Positions 38,410 through 49,542 of a stretch of DNA of 64,000 nt are shown piece by piece. This DNA is from Raillietiella orientalis. Its lineage: Eukaryota. Each line of letters starts with the position of its first letter. Positions within the stretch are counted from its first letter, which is position 1. Where the stretch lies: positions 1-64,000 of the forward strand of contig JAYWIR010000147.1 of assembly GCA_036172245.1 (NCBI GenBank), in the 5' to 3' direction. Below the pieces are notes generated by a model. It was not told where the DNA came from. It was given only the letters and a program-made list of their open reading frames with translations, and ran no database searches. The translations under genes and the position numbers were made by a program.

Positions 38410-40129
38410 TTCTAGGGAGCGGACGTGGTTTGGCATCGCTCCACGGAATGGTTAGTGGGAAGCTTTTCGTTGGTTGTCATGTGTGTGGGAGTACCGGTGT
38501 CCCATGGCAGACATGCCTGAGGACACCGCGATGGAAGTTGGAGGAGGAAAAGCGACATGCTCTCCTCCACCAATGAAAGAGAGGGCATCCGCACCCACGG
38601 AATCCGGGGCACTTGCCCCATCGGAATCGGGGCAACCGGCCCTTCGCGAGCCTTTTCGCCATTGACGAAGAGTTGGAGTGACGTCGTTGCTGCACCATCC
38701 CCGGATGCAGTAGCGGAGCAGACTGCCTACAAGGACAGCGGCTACAAGCCGTCTCTGATCTATAAGCTAGGCAGTGTGTTTGATGAAAAAATTGCACGCT
38801 CCTTCGAAATGGAGCTGCAAAGGTTGAACGTGAGGGAGGAAGACCTTTTAGGCCTATCCGTCCTTAGTGGGGGCAAGCGAGTTGAGCTGACATGCAAAGA
38901 GGCAAGTCTGGCGCAGCGACTGCCGAACAACCCTATTACGGTGGACGGCCGCAGGATCTTCCGTGTGACGGAGAACCTCTCTGTCGTGGTACACCTCACA
39001 GGCGTATCACTCCGAATGGACAAAACGAGCGTTCATGAGGAGTTGTCGAAGCATAGTAGTGTGCACGCGTATTGGGCAAAACCCAATGTCTTCCGAACGT
39101 ACGGAAGGCTATTTAGTAGGATGGCCGCAGCCTGCGTCACCCTACCAGAGAATGGTGGGCTTCCCCACAAACTGAATATCGGCGAAGAAAAAGTCGATGT
39201 TTGGTACGTGGGTAAGCCCAAGTATTGTGGCCATTCCGATGCCACAGGGCATCTAAGAAAGCGGTGCTCTAACATCCAATGCCACTTATGTGGAAATAAG
39301 GGCCACATCCTTAAGGTGTGCCCAAGAAGTGAAATCCCGCCCCCATCCGCTGCAAAAAAGGCAAAGGGGAAACGCACTGGAGATACGCATAAACAGAAAC
39401 AGGCTGTAAACACCCAGATGTTAGTCCCTAAGCCCTCACAGCAAACCTCGTTTAAGAACACTCCCGACGACGATGGTGACGGCGAAGGCTGGCAGACGGT
39501 ACAGCCACGAAGAAAAACCGGCAGTCCCGAACGAAACGCGTTGAAAACAAAAACGCAGCGCGAACAACCGTACCGCGAAAAGCTCCGCGCGTGTGCGGTA
39601 ATATTAGAACGTGTGGAGGCACCCGTTGCCGCCGCCGGGACTGCAATCCCTTCCCTCGCGTCCGCCGAAGCCGCGACGATCGATGGTGAACCCACTGGCG
39701 AAACAGAGGGGGAACCGCGCGCCGCGCTCGACGCGATCGAGAAGGCCGCATTCCAGCAGGCGGTGGAGGAACTCACGGCTGAACTGCAAGGCCGTGAAAA
39801 GAACTCGCGAAAAGCTTTGCGAAGGCCGGCCGCGAGGAGGGCTCCGGAGGCAGGTGAGGCCGATCCGGACGTCAAAACTGCGTCCTCTTCAGCGGAGGCG
39901 CCACCAAAAAAGACGGGACATAAGTCTCAGAAACCCAGGAGGCGCATCCGGATCAGAAAAGGAGGCGCATGAATCGGCCACCGAGGGGGAAGCCGCCAGC
40001 GTGGGAGGCGAGGGTGGGAATATCTCATTCCCCGACACCGTGCAGCTAGCGACCCCCATGGAGGAGGATGAGCAGGTGAGTGAACCCCAATTTCCTCTGC
40101 GAGGCCCCGACGACGAAGCGTCCTCCATG
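38410..40129 (+). mobile_element. LINE family A, 5' part; ORF1 from ATG 38504 with frameshifts (main ORF 38557..39972)
   Basis: 471-aa ORF with zinc knuckles; homologous to 35436-36916. Confidence 0.9.
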
Positions 40130-40359
40130 CCCTTAGCACCAACACGAAGTAGATGCTGAAGAGCAAGAAGCTCAGGCTGTCAACCTGCCAGATGCCGCGG
40201 CGCACTGGCACGCCGCACACGTGCCGGCCGCCGGAACCAATATTGATATACGCGTCGCGCCAGCAGGAGCGCAGGTAGGACCGGAGCACGCACGGGAAAT
40301 CCAAGCGTTCCAGAAGCTCCAGAAGGAGATCCTGATCGACGCTGTCGAACGCCTTGTGC
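40130..40359 (-). mobile_element. RT fragment, left half of the host split by the family D insertion
   Basis: HKAFDSVDQDLLLELLERL..GIWQVDSLS. Confidence 0.8.
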
Positions 40360-40369
40360 GCTCTAGGGC

Positions 40370-40380
40370 GGACGTGTTTT
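40370..40380 (+). promoter_or_regulatory. Conserved 5' motif GGACGTGTTTT, putative internal promoter element (representative copy)
   Basis: Variants lie within about 5-35 nt of at least 12 element 5' ends. Function is inferred. Confidence 0.5.
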
Positions 40381-40452
40381 CTCGGTGCTCCACGTGCCAG
40401 GAAGTCTCCCCCAGTGCAAGCGTCGTGTGGTACGGTGGTCGATCAGGCAGCG

Positions 40453-42114
40453 ATGCCTGACGCGACCACCAAGGATGGCCAGAGGGCAGCGGCGACGCCG
40501 CCCCCAGAGGCGATGGAGAGCCAGGAAGCGGCGGCAACGTCGCCCCTGGAGGCGATGGAGGTGGGGGCATCCGCCCCCACAGAATCGTTCCCCGCTGCAG
40601 CGCGAGCGTGGAGCGCCGTTGTGTCGGCGCCATCGCCTGTAGCCGCGGCGGAATTGTCGGCATATGTAGAGGAGGGGTACAACCCCTCATTGATCTACAA
40701 GGTAGGCAATTTACATACTTTAGAGAGCGCGCGCGCCTTCTCGAAGGGCATTCGCGCTCTCGATGTGAAAGAGGAGGAGCTCAGCGCTATGACCATCCGC
40801 AGCGGGGGTCAGTACGTTGAGGTCATCTGCAAACATGCAGAGCTGGCCCAAAGACTGCTTAAAACCCCCGTTGTGATGGGGACGCGCAAACTCCTCCCCA
40901 CTACGGCGGAACGCAGCATGGTGGTCCACCTGTTAGGCGTAACCGCGCGAATGCGCAAAGAACAGGTTCGCGCCGCTTTGGAACAGTTCGCAACGGTCCA
41001 CGCGCAGTGGACGAAAGTAAGTCCTTCCGAAGACTACACGGGGCTGCAACACGGCCTCACTGCTGCGCGCGTGACCGTTCGGGAGGGCTGCACTCTTCCC
41101 CACAAACTGGTGGTCGAAGGCGAAACCGTCGACCTCTGGTATGTTGGGAAGCCGAAATACTGTGGCTTCTGCAATACGTCGGGCCACCTAAAAAAGAGGT
41201 GTCCCAATGTGCAGTGCCAAGTATGCGGCACAATAGGCCACACGCGGGAGGTGTGCCCACAAGCAGCAGTGCGGGTGGTTTCCAAGAGAAACCTTGAAAA
41301 ACGCGCCCGCCTTCTGCAGAAAAGGCTGGCGGGGAAAGCTGCCGCGAAGGCTGTGCCACCCGCGCCCAAGACCCAAGCCGCACCCGAGACCCCGGCAACT
41401 AACGCCGAAAAAGTTGAGGGAGCCGGTTAGGAGACTGGGTGGCAAGTGGAGACGGCCAAAAAATCAAAGAAGGAGAGGAGGATGGAAAAGAAAATCGCCT
41501 ACCAACAGAAGCAGAAAGATTAGGGTGGCGCGATTATTAAACAGTGCACCGTCGTTGACGAACGCGTTCTCGATGTTGCCGAACGCTGCCGGAAAGAACT
41601 CGCCGCTTCCGACGACCTCCCCTCTCTTGACACAGTCAACAGCGAAAGGAGCGTGCCCGCGGCGGCGTCCGTCCTCGACACCACCACCGATGACGTAGCC
41701 TTCGCGCGAGCCGCGGAGGAGCTGGCAGCCTCGTTGCAGCCAGAACCCTCCAAGGCTGGCAAGATGGCCGTAAGGCGTCCGGCCTCCACTCAGGAGTCCC
41801 ACACTTCCGACCCCGAGGTGGAGGCCGGAAGCGGAGCCTCCGTTTCCACGGCACCGCACAAGAAGGCTGGACGTAAGTCCACAAAGCCAAGGAAGCTCGT
41901 CTCCCCCGTCGAAGGGGAAGAGATGGCTTCCCCAAGCGAGGGTGCCATGAGCGTGGGAACCTCTCGGGACCCGTCGCCCGAGAGACTCCCACGCGCGGAC
42001 ACGGAGGGGATGGATGGGGTGGAGGCCGAACAGGTGCCTCAGGTGCCTGAGAAGGCCGAAACCCCCATGGACATCCCGCCCGCCTCGCAAGAGGAGGGCT
42101 CCCCCACACCTTAA
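40453..42114 (+). pseudogene. LINE ORF1 (two CCHC knuckles), interrupted by an in-frame stop at 41428-41430
   Basis: Track ORFs 40354..41430 and 41653..42114 are in the same frame; CGFCNTSGHLKKRC and CQVCGTIGHTREVC. Confidence 0.85.
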
Positions 42115-42128
42115 TCTTCCCAGCAGTA

Positions 42129-45100
42129 ATGCCGGGAATCTCCTCCCGCCGTCGTCGGCGCATCGCCGTTTGGAACGTGAACGGCATGACAGACGCCGGC
42201 AGCAGACGAGACATGGCCGCCCTTCTCGAATCCTACGACCTTGCGCTGCAGCAGGAGATCCACGTGATCTCTGCAGAACAAGCGCAAGAGATCGAACGGA
42301 TCTCCGGAGGGCGGCTATGGTACATGTATGGGAGAGTGAAAAGTTGCGGTGTCGCCTACCTGCTTCAGCCAGCCGTCGAGGCCGCGGCTCGAGGCGTGCG
42401 GTTCGACGTTCACGGTCGTGTCGGCCAGCTGACTCTAAGGTGGTCCGACTCGATCGATCTGATCGTCACGAACGTGTACGCACCGAGCGGCAAGGACCTG
42501 ATGAACAGAAGGGCGAGGAAAGATTTTTTCCTTGCCGTTCGGCGAGACTGGCTGACCGAAGCAGGCGTGCGAAATGCCCATCTGGTTGCAGGCGATTTCA
42601 ACGTTCGCCTGAAACTAGATGCGCAGAATCCCGAGCGTGACCTGGTCAACGAGGTGTGCATGGCGCTGCACACCTGTAATTTGTTGGCCAGTGCATCGGG
42701 GATGGAAGACAGCATTGAACACGTGATTCTTGACGAGAACCTGTGCCCTCGCTTGGGCAGGCGCGGCAAGTTACCGTGCGAGCAGTACGACCATCGCCCG
42801 CTAGTTCTCGAGATCCATCCGCGCGACAGGGGCCCCCCCTCGTCAGCGTGGCGTCTCCCAGGGGACCGGCAGAAGCTACTGGACGCGGCGGAACATCCCC
42901 GCACGTTCATGCGGAGCTTCAGGCTGCAAACACTCCAGGATTAGGACCGCTTCAAGCGGTCGGTCCAGTAGTTCTGCGACCAGTTCCCTCTGCACCGCCT
43001 ACCTACGGGTTTTGGGACCGGGGTCCGTAACGAACAAGCCTACCTGCAGGCCCGTCGTTACGCCAGGACCCCCGACATCCGCAGGCTGGTGGAATACAAA
43101 GCGGGAGCCGAGAGGCAAGCCTGGCAGTCCGGATCGGCCAGCTTACGGGACGATCAGAACCAGGAGCACTCGGCACATGCCCAAATCCGCTGCCTGCTGC
43201 GGAGTTACGACTCCTCCCTGTATGCCAGGGCACCTCCGGAGAGGAACGTCTTACGACTCCTGCTTCCGGAAGGCGCTCCAGCGATCGGGGAGGAGCAGAG
43301 AAAGACCCTCGACGAGCCTTTCACGATGGACCAGATCCTCTCGGCCATCGGAAAGCTCAAGACGCGAAAGGCTCCAGGAGAGGACGTTCTGCCCTCGGAG
43401 TTTTATCAAACTTTCGCGGCTAGGCTTACCCCCCTGGTACAGCAACTCACCTTGCTGATACGCGAAACAGGTGACGTTCCCGCCTCGTTTCGTTCGGCAA
43501 AGGTGCGGCTCCTCCCTAAGGGAGGAGATCTGAGAAGCATGAACAACTGGCGTCCCATCACAATCGTGAATACGGACGCCAAGTTGATAGCCAAGATGTA
43601 AGCAGAGCGTCTGGGACGGGTTGCCAACATCTTCATTAGCCCGGAACAGATATATGCTGTTCCCGGGCAAACCATGGAGGCAAAACTGTTCCACGCTTCC
43701 ACCTGGCTAGAGCTCCAACATGAAAGGAGCTTCGTGCGCAGCCGGAATTCCGGTGCTTGCGCCATAAGGGAGTTGGATGGTCGGGTGGGGGAGGGAGCCC
43801 TTGCGGTCGCAATCGACTTGCGGAAAGAATTCGATTGCGTCGACCAGAATCTCCTTCTGGAGCTTCTGGAGCGCTTGGGCTTCCCGGCCTCATTAGTGGC
43901 CTATCTGCGCTCCTGCTGGCGCGACGCGCTCATCAATCTTACTTTCAGCGGGCAGACCGTGCACGTCGTGCCGGTGCGGCGTGGGATCCGGCAGGGAGAC
44001 AGCCTGAGCCCCTTGCTCTTCAGTACCTACTTTGAGTTGGTGCTGAGAGCGTACAGGGGAACTCTGGCGCACCTGCCGCACGACTGTGCCGGTACGCCCG
44101 CCGTTTCAGCATACGCAGACTACCTTCTGCTGCTGCTTCCTATGTCCACTCCGGCTGTGGCGGTCGAGGAGTTCTTCGACCTGCTGCATTGGGGACCGGA
44201 CTTACGGTGAACAGGGCGAAGTCGTCCGTGATGCCAGTTTTTGCGGCGTGGGCAGGGAAGCAGGACTGGGTCCGTTTGGGGATCCCCACGGTGAGGTACT
44301 TCAAGTAACTTGGTGTGCCGTTGGGGGACTACTCCCCTGCGGAAGCGTGGTCCGGCTGCCTCCAAAAAGTAGAGACGGCTATCGGCCTGTTCCGAGGCGG
44401 CAGGTTTTTCCTGCCTGATCGGGCCGCGGTTTGGAACACGCTTGTGGCTCCTTTCCTCCGCCTCCTGCTTTTTGTTTGCCTTCCTACAGAGAGAATGAAA
44501 AAGCGGAAGAAAGGACCTCCTCCGTATCGCCCTTTGAGGCAACGGGAGGGCCCGAGTCCGCCTAAAGGACTTGTGCGTTCCACGTCGGGATGGTGGTCTG
44601 GGCTTCCTGACGCTGGAGCGGCTGAAGCTTCAGTTCCAGTTCCGCTTGTCGGCACTCGTTCCAGAGTTGTGGTGAACCTGTTGGTGCTTACCTGCACGTC
44701 TCCTTCTCCAGCAAGCCACCGGCAAGACGGGACCGACGTCGTTTCTTGCACTCCGTCGCCGCGTCATCCGATGGGGACTCCACCTACGGAGGGTGGCTGC
44801 GCTGTATCCCAAAAACCCAGGATTGCCCACCTGTCGCCCTTTGAACGGTAGTGCCTGGCTGCAGGAAACCGTTCGAACGTGGGGACAGTTCGGCATGCAA
44901 CGCTCCCAACAGGAACGAAAGTTCCTGTTTGGGGGTTACAGAAGTTGCACGCTTCGCGAGATCCTGGAGGATCCAAAGAAGAGAGCGTGGGCAGAAGAAC
45001 CCCCTCGCTGCTGCGCTGTCCTCCCTAGTGGAACATCAGGACAGCGATGTTGCGGCGAAGTGGGAGGTTAGAATAAAAATCTCCGGGAAGGAGAAGAAGC

Positions 45101-45705
45101 AGAGAGAGTGGAAGACGGGCCAGCTAACTGATGCTGCGACCCCGAGTTCGCCTCCCAATGGACTTCGGCGCTGGGGCGCGCTGCTAGATGTTCCCATTGA
45201 ACATCTGAAGTTGCCCCCGGTGCTCATGAACACTTCCGCCCTTTCCTTAAAATGGCAGAAGTCGGCTCTCCTGTTGCAGAACTGGGGACTCCCCTGCAAC
45301 TCCCGCCGACGCCACTGGACCTGGGGAGCGGTGGACCCCAATTGCGTCAGGTGTGGGGAACGTAAGTCGCTCTTCCACCTGCTAGTGGATTGTTGCCCTT
45401 CGGCCCTTTGGTTTCGCTTTGCCGCGGCCATCGGAATCCCCTGCGGCAACCCCAGGGACGCACTGAAAGCCCTCTTCGTTGCCTACGCCCTTCGGCCTGC
45501 GGCCTCGTTGGCAGCTTTGTGCTGCCTACGCAGGATCGTCACCGCTTGGAGCGAGGCTACGGGAGGACAACGCGACCAGGGTGCCTTTTAGCCAGCCTCA
45601 TAGTTCCTGAGGAGGGCGTCCCGATGGCCCCACCTGGATCCAGTAATACAGAAGGAGCTTGCCGGCATCCTGCAAAGGATGCAACGGCACCACCAGCAAC
45701 TGTGA
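42129..45705 (+). pseudogene. LINE ORF2 (APE endonuclease, RT, zf-RVT) with several stops and frameshifts
   Basis: WNVNG, QQEIH, NVYAP, GDFN, WRPITIVNTDAK, GIRQGDSLSPLLF, AYADY and CVRCGERKSLFHLL motifs. Confidence 0.9.
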
Positions 45706-45892
45706 TCCCTTCCCTTACCCTCCCAACTTTTCTTTTCTTTTTTGTTTTGTTTTTTGTTTTTCCCCTTTCCCCCGGCTGCCGTGGTGGACCGTACCGTTCT
45801 GCGAACCGGTGACCTGGCAGGTTCTGTGTTTCTTCGTGCGTGGCTGGAGCAATGGTCCAGCCACCACACGTCTTTGTAAAAGTTTATTTTAC

Positions 45893-45923
45893 AATAAACG
45901 CCCCGGCGAAATCCGGGTGAAAA
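45893..45923 (+). terminator. Conserved LINE 3' terminus: AATAAA, GC-rich hairpin, short A tail (representative copy)
   Basis: AATAAACGCCCCGGCGAAATCCGGGTGAAAA. Variants occur at 14 element 3' ends. Confidence 0.7.
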
Positions 45924-46045
45924 TCGAATGCTTTGTGCAAATTGACCGCGACGGCAAAGGCTCCCTACGAGTCCGTCCTTTCTTCTGCATGATGTTCTTG
46001 GTCAGAGGGGAGCGCGAGGCTCCCTTGACCATCCTGAGCAACGCT
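45924..46045 (-). mobile_element. RT fragment, right half of the host split by the family D insertion
   Basis: Reads GALAVAVNLHKAFD on the minus strand. Confidence 0.75.
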
Positions 46046-47348
46046 TTGTCGCTACTGCTACGATGACCCGGTCGTCGCTGCTCACGCTGGGCTCGCAATT
46101 TTGTTGCGGCGTCGACGTTCGCGCGGCGGCGGGTTGAACAGCTGGCGTGACGTCACATCGCATCCATCCGTCAGCGGAGCGAGTATCGATCGCCGGCACG
46201 CGTTTGATGGCCACGCTGCACGCTATGATTGTTGGGCGTGGCGCGACCTTCCCCTTGCCCTTCACCACTTTCGCCTGTGCGGGCGCGGTAGTTTTAATAA
46301 TTTTTACTTTGCTGGTGACCAGCTGCCAGCCTTCCTCGTCGGCAGTCTTTTCCGAGAGCTCCTGTACCTAGTCCTTTTCCAACTGCGCGACTTTTGTCGT
46401 AGCCGACGGCTGATCCCCTTTTGTGGGGCTGATTGCTGTTTTTGCCTTACCTTCCTTCTTTTGCGTAATTTCCGGCGTTGAAGCGACGTTCATCGGGCAG
46501 ATCACTTTAGTGTGGCCCTTTGCGCCGCACGTTGGGCAAACTGCTTTCGGGCACCGCTTTTTCAAATGCCCGAACGTCTTACAACCTCCACAAATATTAG
46601 GTTTCCCCACAAACCAAATGTCGACGAACTTGTCGCCAATTTGGAGCTTGTGGGGAAGCTGTAAGCTTTCTCGAAGCGTCACGAGCGCGCCTACTCGCCC
46701 ACTAAATGCACCATTCACTCCGAAGGTGTTATGCTTTCTCCACATCGCGAAAACGCTAGCGAATTTTTCGAGTTCAGCGTGGATGGCGTTCTCATCCATC
46801 CTCACTGTTGTCCCTGTTAGGTGGACCACAATGGAGTGGTCCACCGTGTGTGGGAGTAAATTCCTGCCATCAAATTGTACGGGCGTGCTGAGCATCTTGT
46901 GGGTAAGAGCTGCATCCTTGCAGATGAGCTCCGCCAACTGCCCTCCGCTCCGTATAAAGAGGCAAAGAATTTCATGGTCGGCAATGCCCATCTTTTTGAT
47001 GGCATTGCCGAACTTTCGCGCCCTTAACGGGGAATATAAATTGCCTACCTTGTACAGGAGGGCCGGATTGTAGCCCTCCTGCATGTAGGATTGTATTTCG
47101 GCGGCGACATCGGGCGTTTCCGCCGCTGCCACCGCGCTCCAGGCCCTCGTCATAGTGGCGGGTTCAGAAGAAGTGGTGGAGCGTGATCCCACCTCCTTTG
47201 GCTTGGAAGGCGCGGTCTTCCCGCCTCCCTCACCTGAAACTGCGGCGTTCACAGGCATTTCTGCCTGTCAACTGCCGCGAAACACACACGAAACACCAGA
47301 GAGAAAAACTGCTTATCCACGGAGCGCACAACAATTGCCTCCGCCGTT
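46046..47348 (-). mobile_element. LINE family F, 5' part; ORF1 from ATG 47258 with a premature stop at 46368
   Basis: 296-aa ORF with CGGCKTFGHLKKRC and CPTCGAKGHTKVIC. Confidence 0.88.
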
Positions 47349-49542
47349 CGCCTCCTCCTAAGGCGCTACTAGGCAACCGCATCTGCGGCTGCCTAGCCTA
47401 AGCGTCGATGCATTCGGCCTGGGGAAGCGCTGGGTGCCTTGACGATCGTGGTCGATCTCCGCAAGGCGTTCGATTGCATAAATCACGATCTCCTGCTGGA
47501 GCTCCTCAAACGTCTCGGTCTACCCGTGCACCTCGTCGCGTATTTGCGCGCTTGCTGGCGCCACGAGCTCATTTCCATTTCTTTCAGCGGCTGCCACGTG
47601 TACGGCGTGCAGGAGCGGCGGGGCATCAGGCAGGGCGACAGCCTCAGTCCACTGCTCTTTAGCACCTACTTTGAGTTGGTGCTGAGGGCGTACAGGCTGA
47701 CGCTGGCCAACCTGCCGAGCTCTTGTCCAGGAACGCCGTCCGTGGCGGCCTATGCTAACGACTTTCTTCTACTCTTACCCATGACCACACCGGTGTCCAG
47801 TCTTGAGGATTTCTTAAAGCTGATACGCCGGGGAGCGGGCATGAACGTAAACCGGAGCAAGAGCGTGATCGTACCTATTGGTGCGGCGTGGCAGGGGCAG
47901 TTCGACTGGATCCGCCTGGAGTTTCCAACCGCTTCCTCCATGCAATATCTACGCGTTCCGCTAGGGAACATCAGACCAGTGGAAGTGTGGTCGGAGTGCC
48001 TTCGGAAGGCTTTGAATGCCCTGTGCCCGTTCCACCATGGCAGGTTCGTCCTGCCGGAGCGGGCCACGATATGGAACAGCTTCGTTGCCTCCCTTTTGCG
48101 CCCTTTTCTTTTTGTTTGCCCGCCTCCCTACTCGGCCAAGCTTCAGGAGCACAGCCTGTTCAGGAACGCTCTGTGGGGACCTGCGAGGTCCAGGATACGC
48201 CTCAAAGACTTAACGGCTTCGCGTCGGGATGCTATCTTAGGCAAGCTGACGCAGGAGAGAATCGAGCTGCAGGTGCAGCTTCGAATGTTGGCCCTGTGCG
48301 CCAACCTTTGGTCCACTCCGTGGTGCGTTCCTGCGCGCCTGCTTCTGCGGCGCTGCACAGGCAGCGATGGACTACTGTCGCTGCGGCCGCCCACGGAGCG
48401 CCCCACGAGAAGCTTCGGTTTCCCCCTGAAACCGCTGTACCGGCTCCTGGAAGCCCAGGAATGGATGTCCTGCCGCCCAACGAACTTTCAAGCCTGGCAG
48501 CAGGAACCGTTGCATGGCTGGGCAAAGCATCAGGATGTTTTCCTCCTGGAACTCCGTTGCGCTCACCTCTCCCCGTACTGCACGGTGGATGAGGTGTGCA
48601 ACAGCCAGGAGAAGTGGACCCGCCTGGCCGTCACCCCCCTCGAAGACGCACTGTCAGCCCTCAGGGCAAGAGATGACAGCCTGGAACCGGCGAGATGGGA
48701 ATTCGCCTGCACCTTTGCAGGAACAACACGACCTAATGGTGGCTGAAAGACTTGCGAGCTGGCAGACGCCGCCACGCCTCGCCTCATCTCGAAGGGACTT
48801 CTTCGGTGGAGGGAACACTTGAGTGTGCCCCATGAAGAACTTGTGGTCCCTCTCTCCTGTTTGAACACTTCGGTGTTCCCCCTCTCGTGGAAGCAGGACG
48901 TCATCATGCTGGTGCATTGGGATTTTCTCTCCAACCAGCTGACGAACTGTGTTTCCGGGGGAGTTGTCTCCCCAAACTGTAAGCGGTGTGGGGAAGTGGT
49001 AACGCTCCCGCACCTCCACCTGGACTGCGGTGCTCTTCTAGGACTCTGGCGGAGGCTGGTTTCAGCTTTCCTGAACCAGGGGGACACCGCGAGGGACTTG
49101 AAGCGTCGCTTCTTCTCGCCAGGCGGCCTGTCTTGGGTGCTGTCGTTGCAACCGTGTGTTGCACCCGCAACATCGTAAAGGCCCATAGTGAGTTGGAGAA
49201 GCTGGCCATCGTTCGTCAGCCCACGGCATTAGCCACTACAAACATGTTGTCGGCTGGCGAGTGGGCTTATCTGCTACAGGGCGTAAGGAGAGAGATGACC
49301 GTCATCCATCGCCGGTTTTGAAAGAAGGAACGGACTCAATAAAGACCCCTGTCTCCTGCCCTCCATATTTTAATTTTTTTATAGTAGTGTATTTGTGGTC
49401 CCTTCCCTCCCGTTCCGGACTTTCGGCATACCGACCTGCGTGTCGGGGATCCCACCTCCTTCGTCTCTTGTTTTCCCCTTTGTCCAGGAACACTGTTCCC
49501 GGATAGTTTACAATAAACGCCCCGGCGCACTTGGGTGATAAA
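47349..49542 (+). mobile_element. LINE family B, 3' part (RT to 3' end)
   Basis: ORF 47439..48746 (DLRKAFD, GIRQGDSLSPLLF); 3' motif at 49512-49542. Confidence 0.9.

Larger units (their letters stand above)
40360..45923 (+). mobile_element. Full-length L1/Tx1-type LINE, family D (about 5.56 kb), with a 15-bp TSD
   Basis: 5' UTR, ORF1, ORF2, 3' UTR and 3' motif. Flanked by TCGAACGCCTTGTGC (40345-40359) and TCGAATGCTTTGTGC (45924-45938). Confidence 0.92.

Noticed and set aside
41428..45591. Frequent TGG-to-TAG/TAA and CAG-to-TAG stops as evidence of RIP or editing
   Set aside because: Ordinary transition bias explains them. Context bias cannot be tested without an alignment, and GC content remains high.
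42129..45705. RT read as a retron, DGR, group II intron or LTR element
   Set aside because: An N-terminal APE endonuclease, a zf-RVT motif and a knuckle-containing ORF1, with no protease, integrase or LTRs, define a non-LTR element.
5371..49542. Recurrent 30-nt palindromic motif read as a CRISPR repeat, attC site or REP
   Set aside because: The copies are kilobases apart, lie on both strands and always sit at LINE 3' ends after AATAAA. No cas or integrase gene is present, and the context is eukaryotic.
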